Shown here one piece after another: positions 15,840 through 25,825 of a DNA stretch of 64,000 bases. Position 1 is the first letter of the stretch. Each line of letters starts with the position of its first letter. The position numbers and the translations under genes were made by a program. Below the pieces are notes generated by a model. That model did not search any database. It saw only the letters and a program-made list of their open reading frames with translations, and was not told where the DNA came from. This stretch comes from a virus. Location of the stretch: positions 1 to 64,000 of the IMG/VR virus record IMGVR_UViG_3300048999_000192; one strand, given 5' to 3'.

Positions 15840-16181
15840 ATGCAGAAGCCCCACGAGTACAACGCCGCCGTCAAGGCCTGGTTCCTGGCCACCGCCGGGA
15901 TCCCCAGCCAGTTCACCGGCGGGGCGAACGACAAGCAGCTCACCGATGCGTTCCGCGAGCACATCAAGACCTGCCCGATCACCTGGGACATCCAGCCGGA
16001 CCTGGGCACGATCGAGGTTTGGGTGGGCACCTTCGCCGAGAAGGCCCGGTACCGCGCCGTCACCGCGACCGTCACCTGTGCCTGCAAGGACTATCGCTGG
16101 CAGGATCTGTCGGTCTGCAAGGACAAGCTGGCCATCGGCGACATCATCCGCGCGGTCGTCCTGCACGAGGCCCGGTCGTGA
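15840..16181 (+). CDS. hypothetical protein
   Basis: GAGGAG RBS downstream of promoter. Confidence 0.7.
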   Translation: MQKPHEYNAAVKAWFLATAGIPSQFTGGANDKQLTDAFREHIKTCPITWDIQPDLGTIEVWVGTFAEKARYRAVTATVTCACKDYRWQDLSVCKDKLAIGDIIRAVVLHEARS

Positions 16182-16314
16182 TCATTCTCCTCGTGATCGC
16201 CGTCGGGATCATCAGCGCGACCTACTCGATCAAGTTCATCCAGTCCAACGACTGGTTCGACCTGACGATCGCGCTGATGTTCCTGGCGGTCGACCTCACC
16301 ATCGCGGTGACCCG

Positions 16315-16656
16315 GTGAGCAGGTACGTGCCGCCGTCGCGCCGCCGGGGAGACCGCTGGGTCTACCCCCGGCGGAAGCGGTGCTTCAAGTGCCGTAGCTA
16401 CTTCGGCTTCATCGTGATCGCCGGACTCTACTGCTCTAAGGAGTGCGCCCCGCCCCGGCCGATCCCCACCGGCTCCTACCGCCAGCACGTGAAGGCCGAC
16501 GGCCAGCCCAAGCGTGGCTGGCTGACCGAGGAGGAGGCGGCGACCTATCCTGACCGGGCCCTCGATCAGGACGTCTACCTGTGCGAGTTCTGCGAGGAGT
16601 GGCACCTGGGCACCCTGCGTGTAAGGAACGGCCGCCCCTGGGTGGAAGCCCGCTGA
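16315..16656 (+). CDS. Zn-binding hypothetical protein
   Basis: CFKC, YCSKEC and YLCEFCEEWHL motifs. Confidence 0.7.
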   Translation: MSRYVPPSRRRGDRWVYPRRKRCFKCRSYFGFIVIAGLYCSKECAPPRPIPTGSYRQHVKADGQPKRGWLTEEEAATYPDRALDQDVYLCEFCEEWHLGTLRVRNGRPWVEAR

Positions 16657-16658
16657 AA

Positions 16659-16717
16659 TCATTTTAAAATCTTGTTGCTCTCCCCATAATCCTTGGAGTA
16701 CCATGGCGATACGCCAC
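16659..16717 (+). promoter_or_regulatory. phage promoter
   Basis: TCATTTTAAAAT, TTGCTC-18 bp-TACCAT, TGGCGATACGCCA. Confidence 0.75.
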
Positions 16718-16735
16718 GAAGGAAGGATCTCCCCG

Positions 16736-18745
16736 ATGACCACTCAGGCCCCCCAGCTCATCACCTTCTCCGACTTCGAGCAGGTGCTGGCCCGGACCCT
16801 GGACGGGTACACCGAGCGACCCCAGCAGCAGGCGCTGGCTGCCGCCGTCGAGGGCATCATCAACTCCGCGCGCCAGGGTGAGGTCAAGCAGCTCCTCGGC
16901 CAGGCCGGGTGCGGCGTCGGCAAGTCGATCGCCTACTCCGGCCCCGCGATCATGGCGGCCCGCAACCACGGCATGCGGGTGGTCATCGCCACCAGCACCA
17001 AGGCGCTGCAGGAGCAGATCGCCACCAAGGACATGCCGTTTCTGGCCGAGCACATCGGCGGCTTCACGTACGCGATCGTCAAGGGCCGGGGCAACTACCT
17101 CTGCGAGGAGAAGGCCTCCAACCTCACGGTGATGGACATCCCCTCGCTCGGCGACATCCGCCGCCAGATGGAGGAGGGCGCCTCCGGCGACCGCGAGCAC
17201 TTCACCGGCCAGATCACCAACCGCGAGTGGGCCAGGCTCTCCAGCTCCACCGCCGACTGCCTGGGCAAGAATGACTGCCCGTTCGGCGAGGCCTGCCACG
17301 CCGAGAATGCCAAGAGCCGGGCTCGCGACGCCGACATCGTGATCACCAACACCTCGATGCTGATGCTGGACATCCAGATGCGCCGGATCAGCGGCGGTGA
17401 GGTGGCGATGCTCGGCGACTACGACCTGATCATCATCGACGAGGCGCACGAGCTCCCCGAGATCGCCACCAACGCCCTCTCCTCCGACCTCCGGGGCAGC
17501 CAGTTCGAGCGCCTCGCGGTCGACGCCCGGACCTTCGCCGACGAGCAGGACAGCGAGGCCCCCGCGAGCGCGGCCGTCAACGAGGCCGTCATGGCCCTGT
17601 GGATGGAGCTGCAGTTCGCGATGGACGCCCAGCGCCGCACCGACCGCAACGCCACCTCCCTGAAGGTCACCCAGTCCTGGATCCTGGAGCGCGAGGAGAC
17701 CTTCTTCCGGATCATCGCCAGCCTGAAGGACCTGGCCAAGCAGGTCGAAAGGGTCGATATCGTGCGCGGCGGCGACCAGGCCTCCCGCCAGCGCAAGCGC
17801 CTCAAGAAGCGCTGCTACAACATGATCGACAAGATGACGCACCTCGTGCTCGACGAGGACGACCAGACCGTCCGCTGGATCGAGATGGAGACCCGCGTCT
17901 ACCGGGGCACCGAGACCACCGACATCCTGCTGAAGATGTCCCCCATCGACGTCTCGGCGTTCCTGCAGAACAACCTGTGGACCGCCCCGGTGGTCATGGT
18001 CTCGGCCACGCTGGCGACCGGCTCGGACTTCGGCTACATGACCGACACCCTGGGCCTGCGCAACCCCGAGGTCATCGACGTGGGCACCCCGTTCGACTAC
18101 GCCGAGCAGGCCTGCCTGTTCGTCCCGCCCGCGAGCGCCCCCGACCCGAGCCCGCGCAACCGGCAGCAGTGGGAGACCTACGCGCAGATGACCATGCTGG
18201 AGCTGGTGCGGACCAGCCGGGGTGGCGCGCTCCTGCTCTTCACCTCCGGCGGCTCGATGCGCAAGGCCCGCGAGGCGATCGGCCCGATGCTCCAGGACAT
18301 GGGGCTGACGGTGATGATGCAGGGTGACGCGCCGAACCGCTCGCTGGCCCAGACCTTCAAGGAGGACACCCACTCGGTGCTGTTCGCCATGAAGAGCTTC
18401 TTCGTCGGGGTCGACTTCGCCGGGGACTGCTGCCGCCTGGTCGTGATCGACAAGCTCCCCTTCCCGGTCCCCTCCGACATCCTGTTCGCCGCCCGCGCCG
18501 ACGCCGTCAACCGCCAGCACAAGGACAAGTGGGCGTCCTTCAACTACCTGTCCATCCCGATCATGATCCTGACCCTCGTCCAGGGGTTCGGCCGCCTGAT
18601 CCGGAGCCACTCCGACCGGGGCGTGGTCGCCATCCTGGACAACCGCCTCACCACCAAGCCGTACGGCAAGCGCATCCTGAAGGCGATGCCCCCGGCGCGC
18701 CAGATCTCCACCCTCCAGCAGGCCGCTGAGTTCTACCAGGGCTGA
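16736..18745 (+). CDS. dinG: DinG/YoaA-family Fe-S helicase
   Basis: ERPQQ Q motif, AGCGVGKS, KGRGNYLC, DC..NDCPFGEAC Fe-S cysteines, DEAH, SAT, QGFGRLIR. Confidence 0.92.
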   Translation: MTTQAPQLITFSDFEQVLARTLDGYTERPQQQALAAAVEGIINSARQGEVKQLLGQAGCGVGKSIAYSGPAIMAARNHGMRVVIATSTKALQEQIATKDMPFLAEHIGGFTYAIVKGRGNYLCEEKASNLTVMDIPSLGDIRRQMEEGASGDREHFTGQITNREWARLSSSTADCLGKNDCPFGEACHAENAKSRARDADIVITNTSMLMLDIQMRRISGGEVAMLGDYDLIIIDEAHELPEIATNALSSDLRGSQFERLAVDARTFADEQDSEAPASAAVNEAVMALWMELQFAMDAQRRTDRNATSLKVTQSWILEREETFFRIIASLKDLAKQVERVDIVRGGDQASRQRKRLKKRCYNMIDKMTHLVLDEDDQTVRWIEMETRVYRGTETTDILLKMSPIDVSAFLQNNLWTAPVVMVSATLATGSDFGYMTDTLGLRNPEVIDVGTPFDYAEQACLFVPPASAPDPSPRNRQQWETYAQMTMLELVRTSRGGALLLFTSGGSMRKAREAIGPMLQDMGLTVMMQGDAPNRSLAQTFKEDTHSVLFAMKSFFVGVDFAGDCCRLVVIDKLPFPVPSDILFAARADAVNRQHKDKWASFNYLSIPIMILTLVQGFGRLIRSHSDRGVVAILDNRLTTKPYGKRILKAMPPARQISTLQQAAEFYQG

Positions 18746-18771
18746 GAAGCCCGCCAGGCCCCGCCGCCCAG

Positions 18772-18801
18772 AGCCCGTCTCCCGACAAGGGAGGCGGGCT
18801 C
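18772..18801 (+). terminator. stem-loop after dinG
   Basis: GAGCCCGTCTCCC/GGGAGGCGGGCTC. Confidence 0.7.
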
Positions 18802-18855
18802 TCGCGCTGTCTGAGGGCTCCTCCGCGCCCCGGAAGAGGTGACAGAGGAGGTGAG

Positions 18856-19032
18856 ATGGGGACCTACGACGAGTACGAGGACCCGCATTTCGTCCCCGAC
18901 GACAGCCCGGAGTTCATTCAGCCTCCGGCGCAGGACTCGGGGATGGACGCCAGCGGGCCGACGGATCGTAATGCGCCCCCTCAGCCGGACGTCGAGTGGC
19001 CGGAGGGGTGGGACGACGATGCCGACGCGTAG
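18856..19032 (+). CDS. 58-aa acidic protein
   Basis: Not in ORF track; strong GAGGAGGTGA RBS; D/E/P-rich. Confidence 0.6.
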   Translation: MGTYDEYEDPHFVPDDSPEFIQPPAQDSGMDASGPTDRNAPPQPDVEWPEGWDDDADA

Positions 19033-20002
19033 CCAGTACGTCGCCTACCTGAAGTCTCTGGAAGGCGGCTACGGTCCCAACCGGGGCCTGGCAAATAACG
19101 ACAATCCGTACAATACGTGGTATTACGGTCATCGCGTCAGCGGGGACAACTACGCGTGGTGTTTCGTCACGGAATGTTACGCCCAGAACCACTTCGACAT
19201 CCTGACGCTCAACGGCGGCAAGGAGGCGTACTGCCCCAACGCCAAGGCTCGGGCCATCCGGGCTGGCGCGCGGGTCGTCACGCACCCGAGTTCGACGGCG
19301 GGGCTGAAGCCGGGCGACCCGGTCTACTACGACTTCAACAAGTCGGGCGAACCGGAGCACACCGGCACATTCGTCAAGGCCATCAACTCCACGGAGTTCT
19401 ACGCGGTCGAAGGCAACACCGCGACTTCGTCCTGGAGCGATGCCCTGGCGCTCAAGAGGCGCAGCATCCACGACGTGCTCTGGCACATCGAGCTGCTGGG
19501 CGTCGATGGGGACAGCACGAGTGAGGAGGATGACGTGCCCAAGGCCGTTTCCCTGGGCGTCGCCAAGCCGCCGAAGGTCAAGACCACGCCGGTCGGGGCC
19601 AAGACGGTCTGGAACACCCTGGAGTACGACACCGAGTACGACGACGCGGGCAAGATGCACGCCGACCCGAGTAAGGCGACCCCGTCTTACCCGTCCGTGC
19701 TTACCGGCCCGCATGCTTTCGCCATCCGGCAGGACCTGCACTTCGCCGGTCTCCCGGAGGGCACCGACCTGCAGGTACGGGCCATCGAGGTCGACGCCAA
19801 GACGAACGACTACGTCAGTTCGTACGGCATCGACGAGCGCAAGGGCACCGAGGGCGACACCTACGTCAAGTACAACGACGCAGCCGCCTACGTGGACAAG
19901 GGCCACAAGGTCCGGGTCCAGTTCGCGGTCTTCGAAAAGGAGGGCCTGGACCTGTCCAAGCTCGGCCTGAAGACCGCCCCGATGCGCCTGCACTACTGGT
20001 AA
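19019..20002 (+). CDS. endolysin with N-terminal CHAP domain
   Basis: YNTWYYG...YAWC, PGDPVYYD, EHTG, VEGNT CHAP motifs; adjacent to holin. Confidence 0.85.
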   Translation: MPTRSQYVAYLKSLEGGYGPNRGLANNDNPYNTWYYGHRVSGDNYAWCFVTECYAQNHFDILTLNGGKEAYCPNAKARAIRAGARVVTHPSSTAGLKPGDPVYYDFNKSGEPEHTGTFVKAINSTEFYAVEGNTATSSWSDALALKRRSIHDVLWHIELLGVDGDSTSEEDDVPKAVSLGVAKPPKVKTTPVGAKTVWNTLEYDTEYDDAGKMHADPSKATPSYPSVLTGPHAFAIRQDLHFAGLPEGTDLQVRAIEVDAKTNDYVSSYGIDERKGTEGDTYVKYNDAAAYVDKGHKVRVQFAVFEKEGLDLSKLGLKTAPMRLHYW

Positions 20003-20007
20003 CCGGC

Positions 20008-20460
20008 ATGCATTCGGTGGTCGCGCTCGACGTGACGTACTGGAACCTGCTGATCACCATGGTGGTGCCCGCCGCCGTCGCGGCGGTCAACACCCGGTTC
20101 GCGCCCGGACACGTCAAGGCCCTCACCCTGGTGGGGCTCTCGATCGTGGGCGGTCTGCTCAACCAGATCGTCGCCCAGGGCGGCTCCTTCGAGGTCGGCA
20201 AGACCCTGTGGTACATCGCGGTCACCTTCGCCGGTGCCGCGCTCGTCCACTTCGGCCTGCTGGCCCCGCTGGGAGTCACCGGCGCGAACGGCAAGATCGC
20301 AGTCAATCTGCCCGGGGGCCTCGGCCCGGCGGGCACCGACAAGGCCCCGCCGCTCGTGCCGGGCACCGTCATCACCTCGGCCCCCGTGGTCACCGCCCCG
20401 GCGGCGTCCACCCCGAGTGACGCGGTGCTGAACGGTGACGACGGCGACGAGGGCCGCTGA
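20008..20460 (+). CDS. holin-like membrane protein
   Basis: Three hydrophobic helices directly after endolysin. Confidence 0.7.
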   Translation: MHSVVALDVTYWNLLITMVVPAAVAAVNTRFAPGHVKALTLVGLSIVGGLLNQIVAQGGSFEVGKTLWYIAVTFAGAALVHFGLLAPLGVTGANGKIAVNLPGGLGPAGTDKAPPLVPGTVITSAPVVTAPAASTPSDAVLNGDDGDEGR

Positions 20461-20473
20461 GTAACGCGAGGGG

Positions 20474-21247
20474 ATGACGTTGGCTCTGCCTGCCGGGCTC
20501 ACGACCGTCGAGGTCACCGGTACCTACCTCAGTCCTGAGGGAGTGCCGCTGACCGGCCAGGTGTCCTTCGACATCCCCTCGCCACTCGTCGACTCCAACG
20601 ACAAGGTGATCCTGGCCCCGACCACGATCCGGCGCACGCTGGATGTGGAGGGGACCTTCCAGGTCACCCTGCCGGTGACCGATGACACCGACCTCACGCC
20701 GCTGAACTGGTACTACACCGTCAGCGTGCGAATCGACCGCTGGAAGACCGACAAGTGGTCCTTCCAGCTCCCGGCCACCGTCGGGGACACCGTCGACCTG
20801 GCCGAGCTCGCCCCGATCACCTCCCCGCTGGAGGTCTTCGGGGTCGTCACCTCGGTGGAGGGCCGCACCGGCGACGTCGAGCTCGACGACCGGTACGCCC
20901 GCCTCGGCAGCGACGGCAGGGTGCTGACCGGCCAGCTCCCGGCCACCGGCGTCGCCTCGGTGAACGGCCACTCCGGCACCGTGGTGCTGAGCTCGGCCGA
21001 CGTCGGCGCGATCGGCACCGGGGCGCGCGGGGCCAACAACGGCGTCGCCTCCCTGGACGGCTCGGGCAAGGTCCCGGTCGGCCAGCTCCCGGCCAACCTG
21101 AACATGCCGGTGACCTTCGTGGTCTATGACCGCAACAGCCAGGTCTGGGCATCCCGGCCCGGCGGCGCTGCGCTGGTCTGGTGGATCGGCCCGACCTTCC
21201 CCGGCGGCGCGCTGCTGCACGACCTGTTCACCCAGACGGCGGAGTAG
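20474..21247 (+). CDS. tail fibre / minor virion protein
   Basis: VTSVEGRTGDV, VASVNGHSGTVVLSSADVGA and GVASLDGSGKVPVGQLP fibre-type repeats. Confidence 0.75.
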   Translation: MTLALPAGLTTVEVTGTYLSPEGVPLTGQVSFDIPSPLVDSNDKVILAPTTIRRTLDVEGTFQVTLPVTDDTDLTPLNWYYTVSVRIDRWKTDKWSFQLPATVGDTVDLAELAPITSPLEVFGVVTSVEGRTGDVELDDRYARLGSDGRVLTGQLPATGVASVNGHSGTVVLSSADVGAIGTGARGANNGVASLDGSGKVPVGQLPANLNMPVTFVVYDRNSQVWASRPGGAALVWWIGPTFPGGALLHDLFTQTAE

Positions 21248-21250
21248 CGC

Positions 21251-22141
21251 GTGACCGCCACCTTCCAGCTCACCGGCGCGGGCTGGATCCAGCTCCCGGG
21301 CGCGATCTCGACGGCGCGCATGATGGTCGGCGCGGCCTCCTCGCACTCTCCGCTCACGCCCATCCAGTCCTGGAACGCCCTGGCGGCGCTGGTCTCCCCG
21401 ATGGTGATCCGGCGCTCCTACGACACCGACATCCCGGCCACTTGGGCGGCCTCCCAGGGCTCCTACGACACCGGCCAGCGGGCAAGTGTGTGGTCGTGCC
21501 ATCCCGACATGACCGCGTGGCTCAGCGGCTCTCTGGACGCCGCCTGGACCGCGTTCGTGAACTCGATCCCCGACGACGGCTACCCCAAGTTCATCATCGG
21601 CTGGCACGAGCCGGACGTGAAGGAACGGGACGGCCTCTACACCGCCTCCCAATGGCGTACGGCGATGGCCCACATGTCCGGGCTCATCCGGGCGGCCGAC
21701 AAGCCGAACGTCTACGTCGCCGGGTGCATCACCAAGGACCTGTGGACCGACCTCGGCGCGGCGCACGGCCAGGAGCCGGACGACTTCTGGATCGAGGACT
21801 GCTTCGACGTCTACTCGATCGACGGCTACGACACCGCCGCCGGGTCGATGTGGGCGGCGGCCATGCCCTGGTTCCGTGAGCACGACATCCCCTGGGCGGT
21901 CTCCGAGACCGGCTACCTGGACACCGACCCGGCCGCCAAGGCGCTGTGGCTGGCCGAGACGGCAGCCTGGTGCGCCATGCAGGCCTCCGGCGGCTGGCCC
22001 TCGGCCGTGTGGATGTGCTGGTTCGATTCCGAAGTCGGCGACGCCGGTGACCCCACGCCCGGCACGACCCCGGCGGAGATCTCGGCCGCGAACAAGATCT
22101 GCCAGCGTTATCACTACGACCCGACAAGCTACGGGAGCTGA
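21251..22141 (+). CDS. GH26-like (clan GH-A) glycoside hydrolase
   Basis: WHEPD acid/base, IDGYD and WAVSETG nucleophile motifs. Confidence 0.7.
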   Translation: MTATFQLTGAGWIQLPGAISTARMMVGAASSHSPLTPIQSWNALAALVSPMVIRRSYDTDIPATWAASQGSYDTGQRASVWSCHPDMTAWLSGSLDAAWTAFVNSIPDDGYPKFIIGWHEPDVKERDGLYTASQWRTAMAHMSGLIRAADKPNVYVAGCITKDLWTDLGAAHGQEPDDFWIEDCFDVYSIDGYDTAAGSMWAAAMPWFREHDIPWAVSETGYLDTDPAAKALWLAETAAWCAMQASGGWPSAVWMCWFDSEVGDAGDPTPGTTPAEISAANKICQRYHYDPTSYGS

Positions 22142-22143
22142 TC

Positions 22144-23238
22144 ATGGCCATCGGATGGCGCGAAGCAGGCCAGGTGGTGGCCGTCAACGACACCAACGGC
22201 AGCCTCACCCTGACGATCCCGGCCGACGTGCAGGTGGGCGACGGTCTGCTGATGTGCGTCGGGGTGGCGGCGTCTGCCGCCTCCTTCACCGTCTCGAACT
22301 CGCGCTGGCAGATCCTGCCGACCGGGATCAGCGTGGTGAGCTCGCTGTCCAGCGCCTTGTGGCGGATGCCGGTCAAGGCGGGCGACGCCGGGACCACGGT
22401 GACCGTCTCGATCCCGACCGGCACGGGCATCAAGATCCGGGGCTTCATCCTGCCCTACAGCCTCACCGACCCGGTGGACCCGATCGCCATGGTCAAGGTC
22501 ACCACCGCCTCGGGCGCGGCCAGCCGGTCCACCCCGCTGATCACCCCGCCGACCGCCATCGCGGGCACCTGGGGCCTGCAGATCGACGTGGCCAAGAACT
22601 CCGGCTCCGAGACCGACTACACCGCCGTCCCGTCCGGCACCGTCCGGTGCAAGAGCCTGGGCACCCTGGGCGGCCACATCAACGTCTGCGCGGTCGACTC
22701 CAACACCCCCATCACCGCCAACGGCTCGGCGACTTACGGCGGCGGGGTGTTCTCCGAGACCACCTCGGGGCCGTGCATCAGCTACACCCTGGCCCTGCGG
22801 CCCAAGGGCACCACCATGGCCGCCCAGCCCTACCGTGACGCCACGATCGACGGCTGGACCGGTACCCCGGCCCCGGCCACCGGCGTGCCGCTGGCAGCCG
22901 ACGTGGGCGACCTGCTCCGGGATGACGCGAGCTACCTGGAGTCCAGCGTTGACCCGACCTCGCAGGTCCTGGTGCTCAAGCTGCAGCCGATGCCGGACCC
23001 GCAGACCTCGGCCAACCACACCTTCGAGTACGAGATCGGCACCGCCGGGGGTGCGACGACCTCCAGCGTCCTGGTCGAGCTCATCCAGTTCACCGCCAAT
23101 ACGGTGGTCGCCTCCTGGACCGAGACCAACCTGCCGGACGGGGTCACCGCGAGGACCAAGACGCTCTCCTCCGGCCAGGCCGACGCGATCACCGACTACT
23201 CCGACCTGGCCCTGCGCATCACCGCGACGGCGGCCTGA
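22144..23238 (+). CDS. minor tail / virion protein
   Basis: T/S/G/A-rich beta protein, TIPADVQVGDGLL motif, lies among tail genes. Confidence 0.7.
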   Translation: MAIGWREAGQVVAVNDTNGSLTLTIPADVQVGDGLLMCVGVAASAASFTVSNSRWQILPTGISVVSSLSSALWRMPVKAGDAGTTVTVSIPTGTGIKIRGFILPYSLTDPVDPIAMVKVTTASGAASRSTPLITPPTAIAGTWGLQIDVAKNSGSETDYTAVPSGTVRCKSLGTLGGHINVCAVDSNTPITANGSATYGGGVFSETTSGPCISYTLALRPKGTTMAAQPYRDATIDGWTGTPAPATGVPLAADVGDLLRDDASYLESSVDPTSQVLVLKLQPMPDPQTSANHTFEYEIGTAGGATTSSVLVELIQFTANTVVASWTETNLPDGVTARTKTLSSGQADAITDYSDLALRITATAA

Positions 23239-23241
23239 CCC

Positions 23242-23616
23242 ATGGCCACCGTCCAGGTCTTCGGGGCGCGCCTGGCGACTCCCGAGCCGCCCGGCGTCGT
23301 ACGCGTGTACGGGGCACGCCTGACGGTGCCGCCGCCGATCACCGTGCGCGTCTACGGGGCGCGGATGAAGGCTCCCCCGGCGGCGCAGGTGCGCGTGCAC
23401 GGGGCCCGGATGCGGGCGCCCGCCGTGGGGGCTCCGGCCGTACGGCTGTACGGGGCGCGCATGAAGACCCCGGCCGCGCCGACGGCCGCTGTACGGCTGC
23501 GCGGCGCCCGGCTGAAGACGCCGACGCCCCTCAGCCCCTCGGGGACCAACCTGGTTGTCGGCGGCCAGCCGACGGCGGCTGCGATGTACGAGCGGCTGGG
23601 AAACTCCTGGGTGTGA
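23242..23616 (+). CDS. protein with six V-R-x-x-G-A-R-x-x-x-P repeats
   Basis: Repeats visible in translation. Confidence 0.7.
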   Translation: MATVQVFGARLATPEPPGVVRVYGARLTVPPPITVRVYGARMKAPPAAQVRVHGARMRAPAVGAPAVRLYGARMKTPAAPTAAVRLRGARLKTPTPLSPSGTNLVVGGQPTAAAMYERLGNSWV

Positions 23617-23697
23617 CTCCAAGCTTCCCTTGAGTCGTTCCATGACGTACGATCGTGACGTGTCCTTCGGGGGCATCTTCATCGAGTTGTGGCGAGG

Positions 23698-23730
23698 TCA
23701 GGCCCGGGATCCTCAGGACCCCGGGCCTGA
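23698..23730 (+). terminator. stem-loop ending the lysis/tail block
   Basis: TCAGGCCCGGG/CCCGGGCCTGA followed by an AT tract. Confidence 0.65.
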
Positions 23731-23793
23731 TCATTTTAAAATCTTCAGATCTTGTTCCTCCCTAGAATCCTTGGTAGAGTGGGGGCACGCCAC
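23731..23793 (+). promoter_or_regulatory. phage promoter
   Basis: TCATTTTAAAAT, TTGTTC-17 bp (CTCCCTAGAATCCTTGG)-TAGAGT, GCCAC. Confidence 0.75.
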
Positions 23794-23822
23794 GAAGAAA
23801 CCCCGAACCTCTGGAGGCGCAC

Positions 23823-24575
23823 ATGACCGAACTCAAGACGATGATCACCCGGGGCCGTCTCGCCCTGAAGGACGACAAGGCCACCCTGAAGTCCGTCGCC
23901 ACGGCGATGGTCGCCGGTGAGGCCGTCGAGGCCCCTGAGACGGTCCAGCTTCCGCCGCTGCCGACGAAGGTCGAACTGACCGAGGCCGACAAGCAGGCGA
24001 TGGACGGTCTGTCCATGTTGTTCTGCAACGTCGTCCCGGAGTCCCGGCGGACGCTCACCGAGCAGGAGCTGCGCACGCTGCACCTGGAGCGCGAGGCTAT
24101 CCGGATCGTCACCGGCAAGCTGACCAGCCGTGACGAGTCGATCAAGGAGACCGTCCGGAACCACATGGACGCCAACGCCGAGGCCAAGAACCTCGCGGTG
24201 TCCAGGGCGCTGGTCGACTCCAAGACCGGCGAGACGATCGTCGCCGCCACCCCGCGTGACGCGCACGGCCACTACGTGCTCGCCACCAAGGAGCAGCGCG
24301 AGGAGGTCCGGATCCCGGGCACCGACCGGGTGTTCACCCGCGAGTACCGCGCGCCGAGCACCGGCGTCGACACCGAGAAGCTCCTGACGATGTACGAGGA
24401 CGGCGAGATCTCCCGCGAGGAGTACCTGGCCTTCACCCGCAACATCCGGGTGATCGACTCGGACAAGGTCTGGGACTTCGTCAAGAAGAACCCCGAGCGC
24501 GGCCTGAGCATCCTGGCCGCCGTCACCACGCACGGACTGCCCAGCACGGCCTTCAACGTTCGCAAGGTCAAGTAA
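23823..24575 (+). CDS. hypothetical protein
   Basis: GGAGG RBS, own promoter and downstream hairpin at about 24597-24626. Confidence 0.8.
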   Translation: MTELKTMITRGRLALKDDKATLKSVATAMVAGEAVEAPETVQLPPLPTKVELTEADKQAMDGLSMLFCNVVPESRRTLTEQELRTLHLEREAIRIVTGKLTSRDESIKETVRNHMDANAEAKNLAVSRALVDSKTGETIVAATPRDAHGHYVLATKEQREEVRIPGTDRVFTREYRAPSTGVDTEKLLTMYEDGEISREEYLAFTRNIRVIDSDKVWDFVKKNPERGLSILAAVTTHGLPSTAFNVRKVK

Positions 24576-24645
24576 GCAGTCCAGCGCATCACGCAGGGCC
24601 CGAGTCTCCAGGGGGAGGCTCGGGCCAGACCCGTATGGAGGAAAC

Positions 24646-25140
24646 ATGGGTACCCACGCTGAAGAAGCCACCCGCCTCAGCATCCTGGCCGATGGTGTCT
24701 CGCCCGAATCACTCGGCCGGGACTACTGGATCTATGACCAGATGCTGCCGGTCCACGAGGAGCTCGTGGATGAGGATGGCAACCCCGTGCCCCTCCCCAA
24801 CTTCACCGTCAAGGAGACCGCGAAGATGTTCTTCGCCCGCTCGGCCGACTGGCTGCGCTGGCGCGGTCGCGCGGTCCACAACGGGCACAAGGCAGACGAC
24901 GGCAAGCCTTGCAACGACCGGTGCCACCCCCTGGGATTCTTCGTCCTGGACGATGTGGTCATCGAGCCACGGCGGACCGAAGCCGGGGCGCGGTTCTACA
25001 CGCTCGCCGACGTCGAGCGGATGGCACACGCGCTGGCCCAGAACGGGGCCCTATCCACAGAGAAGCTGATCGACACGATCATGCTGATCAAGTGGGAGGC
25101 CCGTCTGTATGAGGTGGACATCGAGAATGGAATCCAGTAA
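24646..25140 (+). CDS. MerR-like HTH DNA-binding protein
   Basis: FTVKETAKMFFARSADWLRW...PRRTEAGARFYTLADVERM. Confidence 0.7.
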   Translation: MGTHAEEATRLSILADGVSPESLGRDYWIYDQMLPVHEELVDEDGNPVPLPNFTVKETAKMFFARSADWLRWRGRAVHNGHKADDGKPCNDRCHPLGFFVLDDVVIEPRRTEAGARFYTLADVERMAHALAQNGALSTEKLIDTIMLIKWEARLYEVDIENGIQ

Positions 25141-25825
25141 CGGTCCTACCGGACCTTTCTCCGCTGGGCCTGGCGCACACGGCTGCGAGGCCTGCCAGCG
25201 GGGAGATCACGGGTACTGCGCGTGGATCCTGGCCCAGGAGCGGGCGAACGAGGGCGAGTGGGATCACCACTGCTTCGTGAGCCTGCCCTCCCATGCCTAC
25301 TGCGCCTGCGCGGCGGCCGACGAGGATATTCACCTGGACCCGCGCGACCCCGAGGAGGAGGCCCAGATCGATAACGAGCCGGAAGAGCCCGACGGCGACG
25401 AGCTGGTCTCCTACGGTGACCCGGAGCTCTCGGAGATGTGGGAGGTGGTCTTCCACCCCTACCAGACCACGCCGGTGGAGTTCGAGCAGATGTCCGAGCG
25501 CGTGGCCGACCTGGCCTACGGTGGTGGCCACCCCCTCGCCCTGGCCTGGTTCGACAACGACGGTTTCGGCACCGGCAGCCGTGAGGATCGCGAGCTGATC
25601 TTCACCTGGGACGTGAACGACCCGATGCCGGAGGTCCCGATCTTCGAGGGTCCGACGTTCGTCGAGGGCCGCGAAGCAACCCTGGAGGACTTCCAGCGCG
25701 ACTGCACGCGGCTCATGGCGAGCCTGGGGTACGAGGGGTGGACCAGTGCCCAGCGGATCGTCTCGGCCATCCGGCCGGTGAAGATCATCCACATCGACAA
25801 CGAGCAGGAGCCCGCAAGCCCGTGA
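25127..25825 (+). CDS. acidic hypothetical protein with Cys/His-rich N-terminus
   Basis: CEAC..H..C, CAC; GAGG RBS. Confidence 0.65.
   Translation: MESSNGPTGPFSAGPGAHGCEACQRGDHGYCAWILAQERANEGEWDHHCFVSLPSHAYCACAAADEDIHLDPRDPEEEAQIDNEPEEPDGDELVSYGDPELSEMWEVVFHPYQTTPVEFEQMSERVADLAYGGGHPLALAWFDNDGFGTGSREDRELIFTWDVNDPMPEVPIFEGPTFVEGREATLEDFQRDCTRLMASLGYEGWTSAQRIVSAIRPVKIIHIDNEQEPASP

Noticed and set aside
23242-23616. Repeat protein as a multi-core RiPP precursor
   Set aside because: No leader peptide or modifying enzymes nearby; context is tail genes
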